64,000 bases of DNA from a virus (IMGVR_UViG_3300032280_000442:192001-256000); one strand, 5' to 3'. Shown: positions 28,797-39,579, numbered from the stretch's first letter. A program made the numbers and translations. The notes: generated by a model from the letters alone, not told the origin.

Positions 28797-30459
28797 ATAT
28801 GTTGTTAAGTTCTGTTAATATTTTATAAAAACTTCTATTTTTTTTAACGTGTTCCGCCATATCAGTTCCGGCAATTCTTTCGTCTTCGTGCCACCAAGTT
28901 TCAAAATAATAATTGTAAAATAATTCAGGATGATTTCTAAACATTAATGTTATAATATCTTCCTCGTGGTATAATCGTTTATCGTGTTCAGAAACCGTAT
29001 AAACATAATTTCTAAATAATTCAATAATTGGGTCCCATAATTCTTTTCTACCACCAAACATTCCACCAATAATGTGAATACTTCGATTATAATCTATAAA
29101 ATGTATTGGATTTACCGTTCCTGACCAAAAATTTCGTTCATTCTCTTTTCCGATAAGAGTAAATTTGTCACCTGTAGTTTTAATTAAATTATTTAAAAAT
29201 AGATTATTAAATAATGGACTTTCATAATAACCTTGATTATGAGGTCCGGTTAGTGAAAGATGTTTATTTGGAATTAAACCACAGTGAGATAATCCAGCAT
29301 CAATCCAAAAATAGTAATCGTAAGATTTATCTTCATTTAAAAACCAAATAAATTTCATATATTGAATTTCAATACATCTATCTCCTCTCTTAATGCCTTC
29401 AATATCTTTATATTGATTAATTATTTCAGAAAATTCATTATCATATAGATTAAATTTAACTATTTGTAATTTTTCTCGACTAATATTATTTTCTTCGTAA
29501 AAAAATTGTTCTAAACCATCAAATTCCTCATCTGAAGTATAACAAATGAAATCGGCATTAGTCATTTTTAATATTGATAATAAACTCCATCGATAATGTC
29601 CGTGACGATTTGGTCTTCCACCTAATTCAGTTCCATATAAATTAGAATAAATTGCAGTAATAAATTTAACACTATACTCCGATTCAATATCTAATGATGG
29701 TAAATCAATTTCTAATGGTTGAAATATTGGTTTTAAAATTTTAGTTTCTTTTTTAATTAAATTTTCGGGGTATTTTTTTTCATTTTCACAATAACCCATA
29801 TCATAATATAAACCACTAATTTTGTTTTCAGTATATAAATTCCAATTATATGTAATCATATAATGATTATTATCGTTTGTTTGATTAATATCAGAAAAAC
29901 CACCTCTTTGAGTAATTACAGGTAATGACGTTGAATAACATTTAAAGTTTGAAAACACATCTTCATCAAGATATTGGTCTATTGCTTTTTGACTTTCTAA
30001 CTTGAATTTTAAGATTTCTTCACCAAATTTACGATTTATTATATAACACGCTAAATTATAAATCCCTCTATGATGAGGTTCTTTTTCAGGTAAATTAGAC
30101 AAATCCAATAAATTTTCAGAATAGTTGTTTACAGGTCTATTTAAACTAGGACCTAAATGAAAAAAATCCCATTCAATATTATTTAGTTCATTTAAAGATT
30201 TTTCTAATTGAGTTTTAGCATAAGGCATAAAGAAACAATCATCTTCGAGTATCATTATATATTCATCATTAGAATTTATAAAATCCTCAACAATTTTTAA
30301 ATGTGATAACGCACAACCATCATAACCTCCTTTATCAATACCTTCAAAAATTTCATAATCCCAACCAATATATTCCATTTCACGATTAAATTCTTCTAAT
30401 CTGTCTGTCCTACGTTTAAGATTTATTACAACTTTTCTAATATTATTAATGTCCACCAT
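28789..30459 (-). CDS. Two-domain glycosyltransferase (GT25 + HtrL/WlaTC-like)
   Basis: INLKRRTDR, GCALSH, MILEDD (GT25); C-terminal FWIDAGL...IIGGMFGG. Confidence 0.75.
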   Translation of the reverse strand: MVDINNIRKVVINLKRRTDRLEEFNREMEYIGWDYEIFEGIDKGGYDGCALSHLKIVEDFINSNDEYIMILEDDCFFMPYAKTQLEKSLNELNNIEWDFFHLGPSLNRPVNNYSENLLDLSNLPEKEPHHRGIYNLACYIINRKFGEEILKFKLESQKAIDQYLDEDVFSNFKCYSTSLPVITQRGGFSDINQTNDNNHYMITYNWNLYTENKISGLYYDMGYCENEKKYPENLIKKETKILKPIFQPLEIDLPSLDIESEYSVKFITAIYSNLYGTELGGRPNRHGHYRWSLLSILKMTNADFICYTSDEEFDGLEQFFYEENNISREKLQIVKFNLYDNEFSEIINQYKDIEGIKRGDRCIEIQYMKFIWFLNEDKSYDYYFWIDAGLSHCGLIPNKHLSLTGPHNQGYYESPLFNNLFLNNLIKTTGDKFTLIGKENERNFWSGTVNPIHFIDYNRSIHIIGGMFGGRKELWDPIIELFRNYVYTVSEHDKRLYHEEDIITLMFRNHPELFYNYYFETWWHEDERIAGTDMAEHVKKNRSFYKILTELNNIYE

Positions 30460-31706
30460 TATAAATTACCTGTTATTCTATCACACCAACCTTTTGACTT
30501 ACTAAATGGCCAAACAACCCAGTATTTTGGTTTATGAACTGTTTGGAAATCTCTCCAAACTTTACAATACCCATCAGGGTCATTCATCATCATATTGATT
30601 TCATTGATGTCAGCATCTTTTCTAAAGATTGTTTCATCATTTTCATCGTGAAATGCTACAACCCAAAAATCATAATCTTTTTCCGGAACTTGATGAAATC
30701 CAATATCAATACAGTGTTTAAAGATACTGGCATAACTTGCCAACCATTCTTCCTCAGTTTCAAATATTTGAGGGTTAGGTGCATAATGTTTATCTAAAGT
30801 ATATTGTTGAACAGCTCTATTTGAAAATTTAAGACCTGAATAAATTTCATAATCTCTTAAAGTTCTTTCAGTTCCAAAACCATAATAACTAAAATCCAAA
30901 GTAACTTCTTCTCCGTCCATACCAAATAATTGACGATTTTTCTTATGAGATAATTCATTTTTCTTACCCCACTCTTTATCATCATCCCATTGTTTAGTTC
31001 TACCCTTACGAGTATATTCGTGCCAAATAACGGTTTTGTGTGGATGGAATAAATCATATCCGTGAGTGAATGCCCTAACGGCGATAGATATTTCTTCTCC
31101 GTGAAAATAAAACTCAGGGTCGTGTTGAACCTCAACACTAAATTGTCCTAATGTAAATGCCATATGGGCAGAATAAAATCGTGAAGTAACCGGTTCGGTA
31201 AGTGTTTCCCATCCCGGAATTGTTTCAGGTAAGAAGAATACAGCACCTTCAGGAATGAATCTATCAAAAGCCATTCTCCAAGGCTCCTTAACTCTACCTG
31301 CCGGGTCATTGTCCGGGTCAAATGATGATACATATCCCGTCAATAAAGGTTTCTTAAATCCTTTCTTTTGAAGTTGTTTAATCATTTTAATTAAGGTATC
31401 GTCCCAATCCTTTTCAAATCTCATATGAGAATCAATTTGTAAAGTATATTCTTCACCTTTATATAATTGTTGAACTTGATTTCTTGCCCAACAAACACCT
31501 TTTGACTCTGTATATAAGACATCAATAACTCTAAAACGTTTGTCACCTTTGAATTCGTCTAAGTTATCAAACCCATCTTCAGGATGGTATTGACGACAAA
31601 TTCCGATTATTAAATTTTTTGGCTTTTTAGCATTTTCCAACATAGATTTAATTGTTGGGATAAGTTGGGGGTCACGATAGGACGCAATTTGGACAAATAT
31701 TTTCAT
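30459..31706 (-). CDS. GT60-like peptide alpha-GlcNAc transferase (Gnt1/Gnt2-like)
   Basis: IFVQIASYRDP, GVCWAR, LQIDSHMRF, FHGEEISIAVRAFTHGYDLFHP, WHEY. Confidence 0.8.
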   Translation of the reverse strand: MKIFVQIASYRDPQLIPTIKSMLENAKKPKNLIIGICRQYHPEDGFDNLDEFKGDKRFRVIDVLYTESKGVCWARNQVQQLYKGEEYTLQIDSHMRFEKDWDDTLIKMIKQLQKKGFKKPLLTGYVSSFDPDNDPAGRVKEPWRMAFDRFIPEGAVFFLPETIPGWETLTEPVTSRFYSAHMAFTLGQFSVEVQHDPEFYFHGEEISIAVRAFTHGYDLFHPHKTVIWHEYTRKGRTKQWDDDKEWGKKNELSHKKNRQLFGMDGEEVTLDFSYYGFGTERTLRDYEIYSGLKFSNRAVQQYTLDKHYAPNPQIFETEEEWLASYASIFKHCIDIGFHQVPEKDYDFWVVAFHDENDETIFRKDADINEINMMMNDPDGYCKVWRDFQTVHKPKYWVVWPFSKSKGWCDRITGNL

Positions 31707-31759
31707 TTAATATCTTTTTATTAAAAAAATAATATTTTTTATAAAAAGATAAATAGAAA

Positions 31760-34705
31760 TTATATACCACCGTCGGTTATTGTCCAAAATTTTGGTGCCG
31801 CTTGAAGTATTGCTTTTCCTGCCGAACCGGCTGCAGTATATTTAATTGTGTTAAAGGTAATATTTATTCCTGATTGAACAGATGGTAACGAACTCCAACC
31901 ATTGTATATCGCATTCAAGTTTGTTGTTGAATAATCACTAAACGTTTTATCCGCCATAAAATTGGTGAAATTTGTAACACCACTAACATTCCAACCACCA
32001 ATATTTTGATTGAATGAGAAATTTGAATGAAACATAGATTCCATATTAGTCACTTTAGAAACATTCCAACTTCCAATTGGTTGATTAAATGTTGATAATC
32101 TAAACATCCAATACATACTGACATTGGTTAAAGTATTAATTGTCCAAGCACTAATTGACGGTGACCCCCCATTATTAAATGATGAAACTACAAACATTCC
32201 ACCAAAATCATTAACTTTACTAACGTCCCAATTTCCAATGTTTTGGTTAAATGGTGTGGCGTTAAACATTCCAAACATACTAGTAACATTTGATGTTGAC
32301 CAACCACTTATTGATGGTGAACCACCATTATTAAATGAGTTAACCGATGGAAAACCTTGAAGCATCAACGACATATTAGTAACGTTTGAAACGTCCCAAC
32401 TTCCAATATTTTGATTAAATGATTGTGCGCTTCTGAACATATACGACATATTAGTGACACTACTAACATTCCAAGAATTTAAAGGTTGATTAAATGGTGT
32501 GGAACTAAACATATTATTCATATTAGTAACATTTGACACATCCCAAGAATTAATATTCTGATTAAAAGATGAAGTATTAAACGTATAACTCATATTCGTC
32601 ACATTTGAAACATTCCAACCGGATAATGGTTGGTTAAATATTGTTTGAGCAAACATACCCGCCATATTAGTAACATTTCCAACATTCCAATTATTAATAG
32701 GTTGATTAAAAGATGATAATTCAAACATTGATGACATATTTGTAACATTACTTACATTCCAACCGGATAATGGTTGATTAAAGATACTTGCAAATAAGAA
32801 CATATTACTCATATTAGTAACATTAAAAGTATTCCAATTTGATATAGTACTTGAACCACCATTATTAAATAAGAAAGCCGAATCAAACATACCCTCCATA
32901 TTGATTACATTACTCACGTCCCAATCACCAATATTATCATCAAATGATGACGCTACTTGGAACATATAAGACATATCAGTAACATTTGACGTGTCCCAAG
33001 AATTAATATAAGGGATATTTGTTATTGATGAACAACTTTCAAACATAAGGGATAAATTATTGACACCATTTAAATTTAAAACATCGTTCACATTTGATAA
33101 TGATAAATTGGTACAAACATAGAAATTACCACCACTATTACCTAATCTTAGACAACCCCATTGTAAAACTTCATATATTTTGGAAGCGCTGACTGAATTT
33201 ATTAAAAACGACCAACCAACTAATGTTCCGGTTATTGTTATCGTATAATCACCGGGAGTTACGTATATATGTGTTCGATTATCGTAAATATTTTCTGATG
33301 TGGTCCCATCACCCCAATCAATTGTTCCATAGTAAAACCCTGACGTTTCGTATGGCAATGTGATTGATGTGTTAGGTGATGTTGTTCTCCAAACAGAAAT
33401 AAATGATGGTGGTGTTATAGGTTCACAAGTTTGATATTTAATACATAACTCACAATCTATATATGTTGTTCCGTGATTCCAAAAATCGGTTACCCACGTT
33501 CTAATTTTAGATTCTCTAATTATCTCTAAACATTCTCCATATGAATTTACAATAGCCGTTCCGGGTAAAAATGTTGTCGGTAACATTATGTATTTTATGA
33601 TTTTTTTGAAACAACAAGATTGGACTTGAAATAAAGTATATTTAATCGGTGTTGTTGGTGTTGGAGTCGGTGTAAGTGTTGAGGTTGGTGTTGGTGTTGG
33701 ACACGCTCCCACAATACCATAACTTCCACTAGTGGTTAATCTATAAACACTATTACATTCCGCACATATATTTTGAGTAAACTCTGTACCAAAATCACTT
33801 CTTGGAATATTAATATTAATTGATAAATTACTTCCACAAGGCGTATATTGAAAGGTTGAATTTCCACCTTTACCTGAACCACCATATAATATATAATTTC
33901 TACAACCAATACAAGGTGTTGCCGATGGTGTTGGTGTTGGTGTTTTAGTTGGACAAGGGTAAATAAAATTGGCTCTTTGACAATGAACAACACTTGGTTG
34001 AGACCCCATTGCAATGAATGAATAAACATTATTAGTCGATGAACTTACTACATAAGTTGCACAACCAACAAAACCGTTACTCTCAATATAATAAGCCCCG
34101 GATAAAGGACTAAACGAACCCGGTATATTAGATAATGTAAATTGATTTAATGAGTTACAACTATCTTCAAAATATCCCACAATTGGAGGTAATGTTGGGG
34201 TTGGTGTTGGTGTCGGAGTCGGTGTAGGAGTCGGACCAGGACATTCGTCATTAATACAGATATCTGAAGATATGTTGATTGTTACACCACTATCAGCAAA
34301 TGGATTACTACCACAAACAAATAATGTTGTTGCGGAATATATTACACCATAAAAAGGTTCTCCACCACAATTTATGTAATTATAAGTTAAAGTTACCCCC
34401 GAAGTATTTTCGAAGGATATACAATTACACGGAGCTTTTGTTGGTGTTGGTGTTAGTGTGGATGTTGGTGTTTGTGAAGGTTTTGGGTCATCACAATTAT
34501 GATACTGAAGTTCTGAACAACCAAGAGAATCAGTAATTACAACTAATACTTCATCAACATTAATAAGTTCTACCGGAATGTTAATTGTCAATGGAGCCGA
34601 TGTAGCTCCTGAGACACCTAAATAACAATACGTGTTTGTAATATCACAAATTGTAATATCATAAGGAGAGTGTCCTGTTAAACTTGTGATTTGTATTACT
34701 TGCAT
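31760..34705 (-). CDS. Appendage protein: PT stalks + Cys modules + PKD-like + DUF285/BspA-like repeats
   Basis: IDWGDG...HIYVTPGDYTITITG; many FNQPxxxWNVSNVTNMxxMF repeats; C-terminal WTITDGGI. Confidence 0.85.
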   Translation of the reverse strand: MQVIQITSLTGHSPYDITICDITNTYCYLGVSGATSAPLTINIPVELINVDEVLVVITDSLGCSELQYHNCDDPKPSQTPTSTLTPTPTKAPCNCISFENTSGVTLTYNYINCGGEPFYGVIYSATTLFVCGSNPFADSGVTINISSDICINDECPGPTPTPTPTPTPTPTLPPIVGYFEDSCNSLNQFTLSNIPGSFSPLSGAYYIESNGFVGCATYVVSSSTNNVYSFIAMGSQPSVVHCQRANFIYPCPTKTPTPTPSATPCIGCRNYILYGGSGKGGNSTFQYTPCGSNLSININIPRSDFGTEFTQNICAECNSVYRLTTSGSYGIVGACPTPTPTSTLTPTPTPTTPIKYTLFQVQSCCFKKIIKYIMLPTTFLPGTAIVNSYGECLEIIRESKIRTWVTDFWNHGTTYIDCELCIKYQTCEPITPPSFISVWRTTSPNTSITLPYETSGFYYGTIDWGDGTTSENIYDNRTHIYVTPGDYTITITGTLVGWSFLINSVSASKIYEVLQWGCLRLGNSGGNFYVCTNLSLSNVNDVLNLNGVNNLSLMFESCSSITNIPYINSWDTSNVTDMSYMFQVASSFDDNIGDWDVSNVINMEGMFDSAFLFNNGGSSTISNWNTFNVTNMSNMFLFASIFNQPLSGWNVSNVTNMSSMFELSSFNQPINNWNVGNVTNMAGMFAQTIFNQPLSGWNVSNVTNMSYTFNTSSFNQNINSWDVSNVTNMNNMFSSTPFNQPLNSWNVSSVTNMSYMFRSAQSFNQNIGSWDVSNVTNMSLMLQGFPSVNSFNNGGSPSISGWSTSNVTSMFGMFNATPFNQNIGNWDVSKVNDFGGMFVVSSFNNGGSPSISAWTINTLTNVSMYWMFRLSTFNQPIGSWNVSKVTNMESMFHSNFSFNQNIGGWNVSGVTNFTNFMADKTFSDYSTTNLNAIYNGWSSLPSVQSGINITFNTIKYTAAGSAGKAILQAAPKFWTITDGGI

Positions 34706-34707
34706 TA

Positions 34708-34926
34708 TTACTTAATAATTAACTCATCTGTAGATTGTTTATCATAATTAATACCAAATTTTGATAGTTCAGTTACAAATTCTTCACGAATAGTTGTTGT
34801 AAACATATTAGGTTTTGGTGTTATCATATATTGACCGGATGTAACCTCACCATAATGAGGTAATGTTTCATAATCATCGTATGATATAAAATAAGTTGTT
34901 ACTGAGGGGTATTTAATTTCGTTCAT
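34708..34926 (-). CDS. Small hypothetical protein (paralog of 34957-35151)
   Basis: PHYGEVTSGQYMITPKP. Confidence 0.6.
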   Translation of the reverse strand: MNEIKYPSVTTYFISYDDYETLPHYGEVTSGQYMITPKPNMFTTTIREEFVTELSKFGINYDKQSTDELIIK

Positions 34927-34956
34927 ATTTTATAAGTATTTAGAAACTAATTTAAA

Positions 34957-35151
34957 TTAAACCTGTGATTGGTTTATTATTGGGGAATTTGATATATATT
35001 CTTGACCTAAATCAAGAACTCTATCAATTAATTCTTGTTCTGTATCGAAATACTCTAAAAATGGTTGTCCTGTTGTAACCACCTGTCCTTCTCTAAGACT
35101 TCCATAATGAAACACGGTAGTTTCGTTATGTGCTAAATAAAATTTGTTCAT
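34957..35151 (-). CDS. Small hypothetical protein (paralog of 34708-34926)
   Basis: FHYGSLREGQVVTTGQP. Confidence 0.6.
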   Translation of the reverse strand: MNKFYLAHNETTVFHYGSLREGQVVTTGQPFLEYFDTEQELIDRVLDLGQEYISNSPIINQSQV

Positions 35152-35174
35152 ATTATTATTATTTTAATTATTTA

Positions 35175-37430
35175 TTATATTCCTCCACCATCAACTATGG
35201 TCCAACCCCAACCTGTTTGAAGATACGCTTGACCTTCATCATAAATATATGGGTTAGAAAATGAACTACCAATTAAATCAAAAGTAAAACTATCTATAAC
35301 ATCTATAAACCAAACCCCATTAGCCTCAACTGTTCCATTAGATGGTGATACAGAAAGATATATTTTCATACCGCTATATAATATATCTCCAGGGTCATAA
35401 AGTAAATAAACTCTACATAAACCAGAACCATTATTAGTAATATCTGAAATAGGATAAATATTTGCTGGTCTACTAAGTAAAGCTCTACCTTCAAATGATA
35501 CTGATGTGGTATAATTTGCCGTTCCAAATGATATTGACTGATATGTTTGAATAAAAGTCAAATTAGACCACCCATTATAAATTGCATCAAGATTGGCAGC
35601 AGAAAACGTTGATGGTGTTTTAGTTGACATAAAATTTGAAAAGCTTGAAACAAACCCAATATTCCAATTACCAATGTCTTGATTAAACGCGACAGCACCT
35701 TGAAACATTTGACTCATATCAATAACGCCACTAACATTCCAACCACTCAACGGTTGGTTAAAACTTATTGAGTTAGAAAACATAAAATCCATATAATCAA
35801 CACTACTGACATCCCAATTACCAATAGGTTGATTAAAATTTGAAGCACTACTAAACATACCACCCATACTTGTAACGCCAGTAACATTCCAACCACTTAA
35901 AGGTTGATTAAAACTTGTTGCACCAGCAAACATAGAATTCATATTTGTAACACTACTAACATTCCAATTATTAATATTTTGATTAAAATTTGGAGTACTA
36001 TTAAGCATAGCATACATACTTGTAACTCTACTAACATTCCAACCACTTAATGGTTGATTAAAATTTGTTGCTTGTTGAAACATTTGAGACATACTAGTAA
36101 CTCCACTAACATTCCAATTATTAATATCTCTATTAAAAGATGTTGCTTGTTGAAACATAGAACCCATATTTGTAACATTACTAACATTCCAACCACTTAA
36201 AGGTTGATTAAAAGATGTTGCTTGTAGAAACATAGAATTCGCATTTGTAACACCACTAACATTCCAATTATTAATATCTTTATTAAAAGATGTTGCAGTA
36301 GTAAACATATTAGCCATATTTACAACTCTATTAACATTCCAATTACCAATATCTTGATTAAAAGATGTTGCTTGTTGAAACATAAAGGCCATATCTATAA
36401 CTCTACTAACATTCCAACCACTTAAAGGTTGATTAAAATTTGAAGCACTATTAAACATAAAAGCCGTATCTGTAACACCACTAACATTCCAATCATTAAT
36501 ATTTTGATTAAAATTTGAAGCAATATTAAACATACCCCTCATAGTTGTAACTCTACTAACGTTCCAACCACTTAAAGGTTGATTAAAATTTGAAGCACTA
36601 CTAAACATTGAGGACATATTAGTAACACCACTAACATTCCAATCATTAATATTTTGATTAAAATTTGAAGCACTATTAAACATAGTAGCCATATTTGTAA
36701 CATTACTAACATTCCAACCACTTAAAGGTTGGTTAAAGTTTGTTGCTCCTTGAAACAAAGCAATCATATTGGTAACATTACTAACATTCCAAGAATTTAT
36801 AGGTTGATTAAAATTTGGTGTTACACCAAACATTTGCTGCAAATCATTTACATTAGACAAATCCCAATTATTAATACCGGTAACATAATTAACGAGTGTG
36901 TTTGCAAAAAAACCAAACAAACTTAAAAGAGTGTTAGGTACTCTTGGTGTTAAATCAATTAAATCTTTTGTGTTATAAGTTAAATTAGTACACCCATTAA
37001 ATGGCCCTGACCCAACGGTAAGCTGTTTAAAAGTGCCCCATTGTATAATTTGAAGTATTTTTAATCTATCACCACCAGTATTAAATTGAAACCCATCAAT
37101 AATCCCTTTTATTTTTATAGTGTAAATACCGGCAGTTGCGTACGTATGTGTAATAGCCGCTGCGTTATAGGCTCTAATAATGTCTATACTTCCATCACCC
37201 CAATCAACGGTAAAATTATAATTACCGTTAATACTTAAAGGTAATCTAACTTGTTTGTTTGTTGATACACCAGCATTTCTTGTATTCCAAACGGTTATAA
37301 AGGACTTTCCATCTTCAGGTGTTTCATTGGAAATGTTCCCGCTATCCAAACCACTAAAGTAATTTGACAGAGTTCCAACACTATTTCCGTTAAATGTTAA
37401 TCCGTTATTTAAACCGTTGAATAATCCCAT
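35175..37430 (-). CDS. DUF285/BspA-like repeat surface/receptor-binding protein with PKD-like domain
   Basis: VDWGDG...HTYATAGIYTIKI; about 16 tandem 25-aa FNQPLSGWNVSxVTxMxxMF repeats; C-terminal WTIVDGGGI. Confidence 0.85.
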   Translation of the reverse strand: MGLFNGLNNGLTFNGNSVGTLSNYFSGLDSGNISNETPEDGKSFITVWNTRNAGVSTNKQVRLPLSINGNYNFTVDWGDGSIDIIRAYNAAAITHTYATAGIYTIKIKGIIDGFQFNTGGDRLKILQIIQWGTFKQLTVGSGPFNGCTNLTYNTKDLIDLTPRVPNTLLSLFGFFANTLVNYVTGINNWDLSNVNDLQQMFGVTPNFNQPINSWNVSNVTNMIALFQGATNFNQPLSGWNVSNVTNMATMFNSASNFNQNINDWNVSGVTNMSSMFSSASNFNQPLSGWNVSRVTTMRGMFNIASNFNQNINDWNVSGVTDTAFMFNSASNFNQPLSGWNVSRVIDMAFMFQQATSFNQDIGNWNVNRVVNMANMFTTATSFNKDINNWNVSGVTNANSMFLQATSFNQPLSGWNVSNVTNMGSMFQQATSFNRDINNWNVSGVTSMSQMFQQATNFNQPLSGWNVSRVTSMYAMLNSTPNFNQNINNWNVSSVTNMNSMFAGATSFNQPLSGWNVTGVTSMGGMFSSASNFNQPIGNWDVSSVDYMDFMFSNSISFNQPLSGWNVSGVIDMSQMFQGAVAFNQDIGNWNIGFVSSFSNFMSTKTPSTFSAANLDAIYNGWSNLTFIQTYQSISFGTANYTTSVSFEGRALLSRPANIYPISDITNNGSGLCRVYLLYDPGDILYSGMKIYLSVSPSNGTVEANGVWFIDVIDSFTFDLIGSSFSNPYIYDEGQAYLQTGWGWTIVDGGGI
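35650..36870. repeat. 75-nt tandem repeat array (25-aa DUF285 units) with 150-nt higher-order alternation
   Basis: Recurring CTAACATTCCAACCACTTAAAGGTTGATTAAAA alternating with CTAACATTCCAAT(T/C)ATTAATAT units; boundaries approximate. Confidence 0.8.
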
Positions 37431-37446
37431 TATTTAATATAAAATG

Positions 37447-37899
37447 TTATGCTTGATAATCCGCTCCGTGAGCAACAATCCAAGCGGCTCTTGAAGCGGT
37501 TAAGTTGGCAAGTGATGATGCTCTTAAAATATCATTACCTTGAAGAGGAATATATCTTTTACCCGTATTATCTAATGGTAATCCAAGAATGTTAATACCG
37601 TCAAGAAAATCGGTATTAAAACGAGCGGCGTTTGTATTACCGGCAGATAATGGAATGTTAACAAGTCCTACAGGAAGAACAATCGCTCCACGTAAGATAT
37701 AAACCCATATGTTAGTTGTGACGGTATCTGTGGTATAACCCATAAGTGAATATACTCTACCACCTAAAGAACCTGCGGTGTATATTGTTGTACCATTATT
37801 GTTCGTACCAAGAGCTCCGATAGTTGTACCCGATAATACCGCAACACCACTATTTGGTACGTTGGCTAAAACCGGTATTTGTCCATTTGTTAAAGGCAT
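37447..37899 (-). CDS. Hypothetical structural protein
   Basis: 150-aa hydrophobic beta-rich ORF ending GADYQA. Confidence 0.65.
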   Translation of the reverse strand: MPLTNGQIPVLANVPNSGVAVLSGTTIGALGTNNNGTTIYTAGSLGGRVYSLMGYTTDTVTTNIWVYILRGAIVLPVGLVNIPLSAGNTNAARFNTDFLDGINILGLPLDNTGKRYIPLQGNDILRASSLANLTASRAAWIVAHGADYQA

Positions 37900-37928
37900 T
37901 TTTTTGTGTTTTTAAATTTTATTTGTTA

Positions 37929-39575
37929 TTAATAATTATATAAATTTCTAAATGATGTCATAAGAAGATAATCAATATCTCCTCCAACTATTGTTGTTGC
38001 ACTAAAGGTATTTGCCGTTAGACCATTTGTAAAGGTTGTTGCACCTGAAACTGTTCCTCCACTCAAAGGTAATGATGGTAAATTTTGATATGTTGTTGCA
38101 GATATTGTAGTAGCCGTTATATTATTAGCTGTTAGATTATTATTACCTAAATTAACATTTGTAGTTGCTCCACTATATGGAACTAATCCAGCTATACTTA
38201 CACTAGCTACTGGTAGTTGTAATCTTGAATTGGTGGAATCATCGTAAAATAATGTAATATCACGATTTACACCACTTAATATATTTGCATAAATTTTAAC
38301 CACTAATCTATCAGTAGTCAATATGGTTACATTAGTAGGTAATAGTATGCTAACTGTTTGTTGAATTACTACGTTGGTTGCTATTACAGATGTCATATCA
38401 CTAGTACCAAGAAGAGTTTCTGTTCCAGCTAAGTTTCGTTTGTAAATTTCAGCAAAACATTCGTAAGTATTACTTCCTGTATTTTTTTGAGTTTCAAAAT
38501 GTACCGTTACAATTCCACTTGGAATTACGCTTGTATTGGGGTAATTAAGGTTTGTTGCAAAATTAGCTAATAACGTTGGTGAAGTTGAAACTGTTGTTAC
38601 AATTGAAGCAATAGCGTTTGGAACAAATAATGGTAATATAACCATTTGTTCATACCCCCCTATATCTGAATTATTTGAACTGAATATATATGAGTCACTA
38701 ACATTTGTTGGTAAACCCAAATATGTCGTTGCTGATATTGTTGTTGCTGATATTGTTGTTGATGTTAAACCTCCCGTAAAATTTGTTGCCCCCGATACTG
38801 TACCACCGGTAAACGATGTTCCTGTACTTGTACTAAAACCAGAGACACCAAATGTTCCTCCGCTATTATTTGTAAAAGTTGCGGTTCCATTATTATAAGT
38901 TCCTCCGGTTACAAATATGTCTTTAGGTAAATTCTGATATGTTGTTGCAGAAATTGTATTTGCCGTTAATCCACCTGTAAAGATTGTTCCACCTGAAACG
39001 GTTCCTCCGGTAAATGTTTCACCACCACCGGTCTGTAATACTCTCCAAGAAGCGTTTGTGTCGTTATAACCACCGATACCTGATATTGTTGAAGATGTCC
39101 AAGCACTTATAAACGCAATTCCGGCAGCTGAGTTATTCTTAACCGTTGTTCCATAATCTGAGATAACCACAGTTTGACCACCAGGTCCCGTGGCACCTGT
39201 TGCGTTATTCCATAAAGTATCATAATTATCAATTCTAAATTGATATATTTTATTGGTTTCATAAACATATACTAACATTCCCAATTTTCTTCTACCCGAA
39301 GAAATATTATCAGAATTTAATGTTAATACATCAGGGGAGAAAACCGAACCGGAACCTTTTACTAATTGAATTGGAACGGAGTTACCTGAAAATTCAATAA
39401 TTCCAGTTGTTGCCGGAGGTATCGTATAGGTTAATCCGGATAAATCATAAACCTCCATATATCCACCTGTTTGAAGGATACTGAAGTTTGTACCAAAGGT
39501 TGCGTTATTTGGGACAGATGGGTTACCAAATGATGTTATAGGAGAAACCGGTATTTTGTTTAAAAAATCACTCAT
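37929..39575 (-). CDS. Fibre-like protein with GGTVSG/TISATTY repeats
   Basis: RRKLGMLVYV motif; repeated FTGGTVSGxTxFTGGLTxxTISATTY. Confidence 0.7.
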   Translation of the reverse strand: MSDFLNKIPVSPITSFGNPSVPNNATFGTNFSILQTGGYMEVYDLSGLTYTIPPATTGIIEFSGNSVPIQLVKGSGSVFSPDVLTLNSDNISSGRRKLGMLVYVYETNKIYQFRIDNYDTLWNNATGATGPGGQTVVISDYGTTVKNNSAAGIAFISAWTSSTISGIGGYNDTNASWRVLQTGGGETFTGGTVSGGTIFTGGLTANTISATTYQNLPKDIFVTGGTYNNGTATFTNNSGGTFGVSGFSTSTGTSFTGGTVSGATNFTGGLTSTTISATTISATTYLGLPTNVSDSYIFSSNNSDIGGYEQMVILPLFVPNAIASIVTTVSTSPTLLANFATNLNYPNTSVIPSGIVTVHFETQKNTGSNTYECFAEIYKRNLAGTETLLGTSDMTSVIATNVVIQQTVSILLPTNVTILTTDRLVVKIYANILSGVNRDITLFYDDSTNSRLQLPVASVSIAGLVPYSGATTNVNLGNNNLTANNITATTISATTYQNLPSLPLSGGTVSGATTFTNGLTANTFSATTIVGGDIDYLLMTSFRNLYNY

Positions 39576-39579
39576 ATTA

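Noticed and set aside
35650-36870. CRISPR array or DGR template/variable repeats
   Set aside because: Repeats are in-frame 75-nt coding units of a DUF285 protein; no unique spacers, cas genes or reverse transcriptase in the window.
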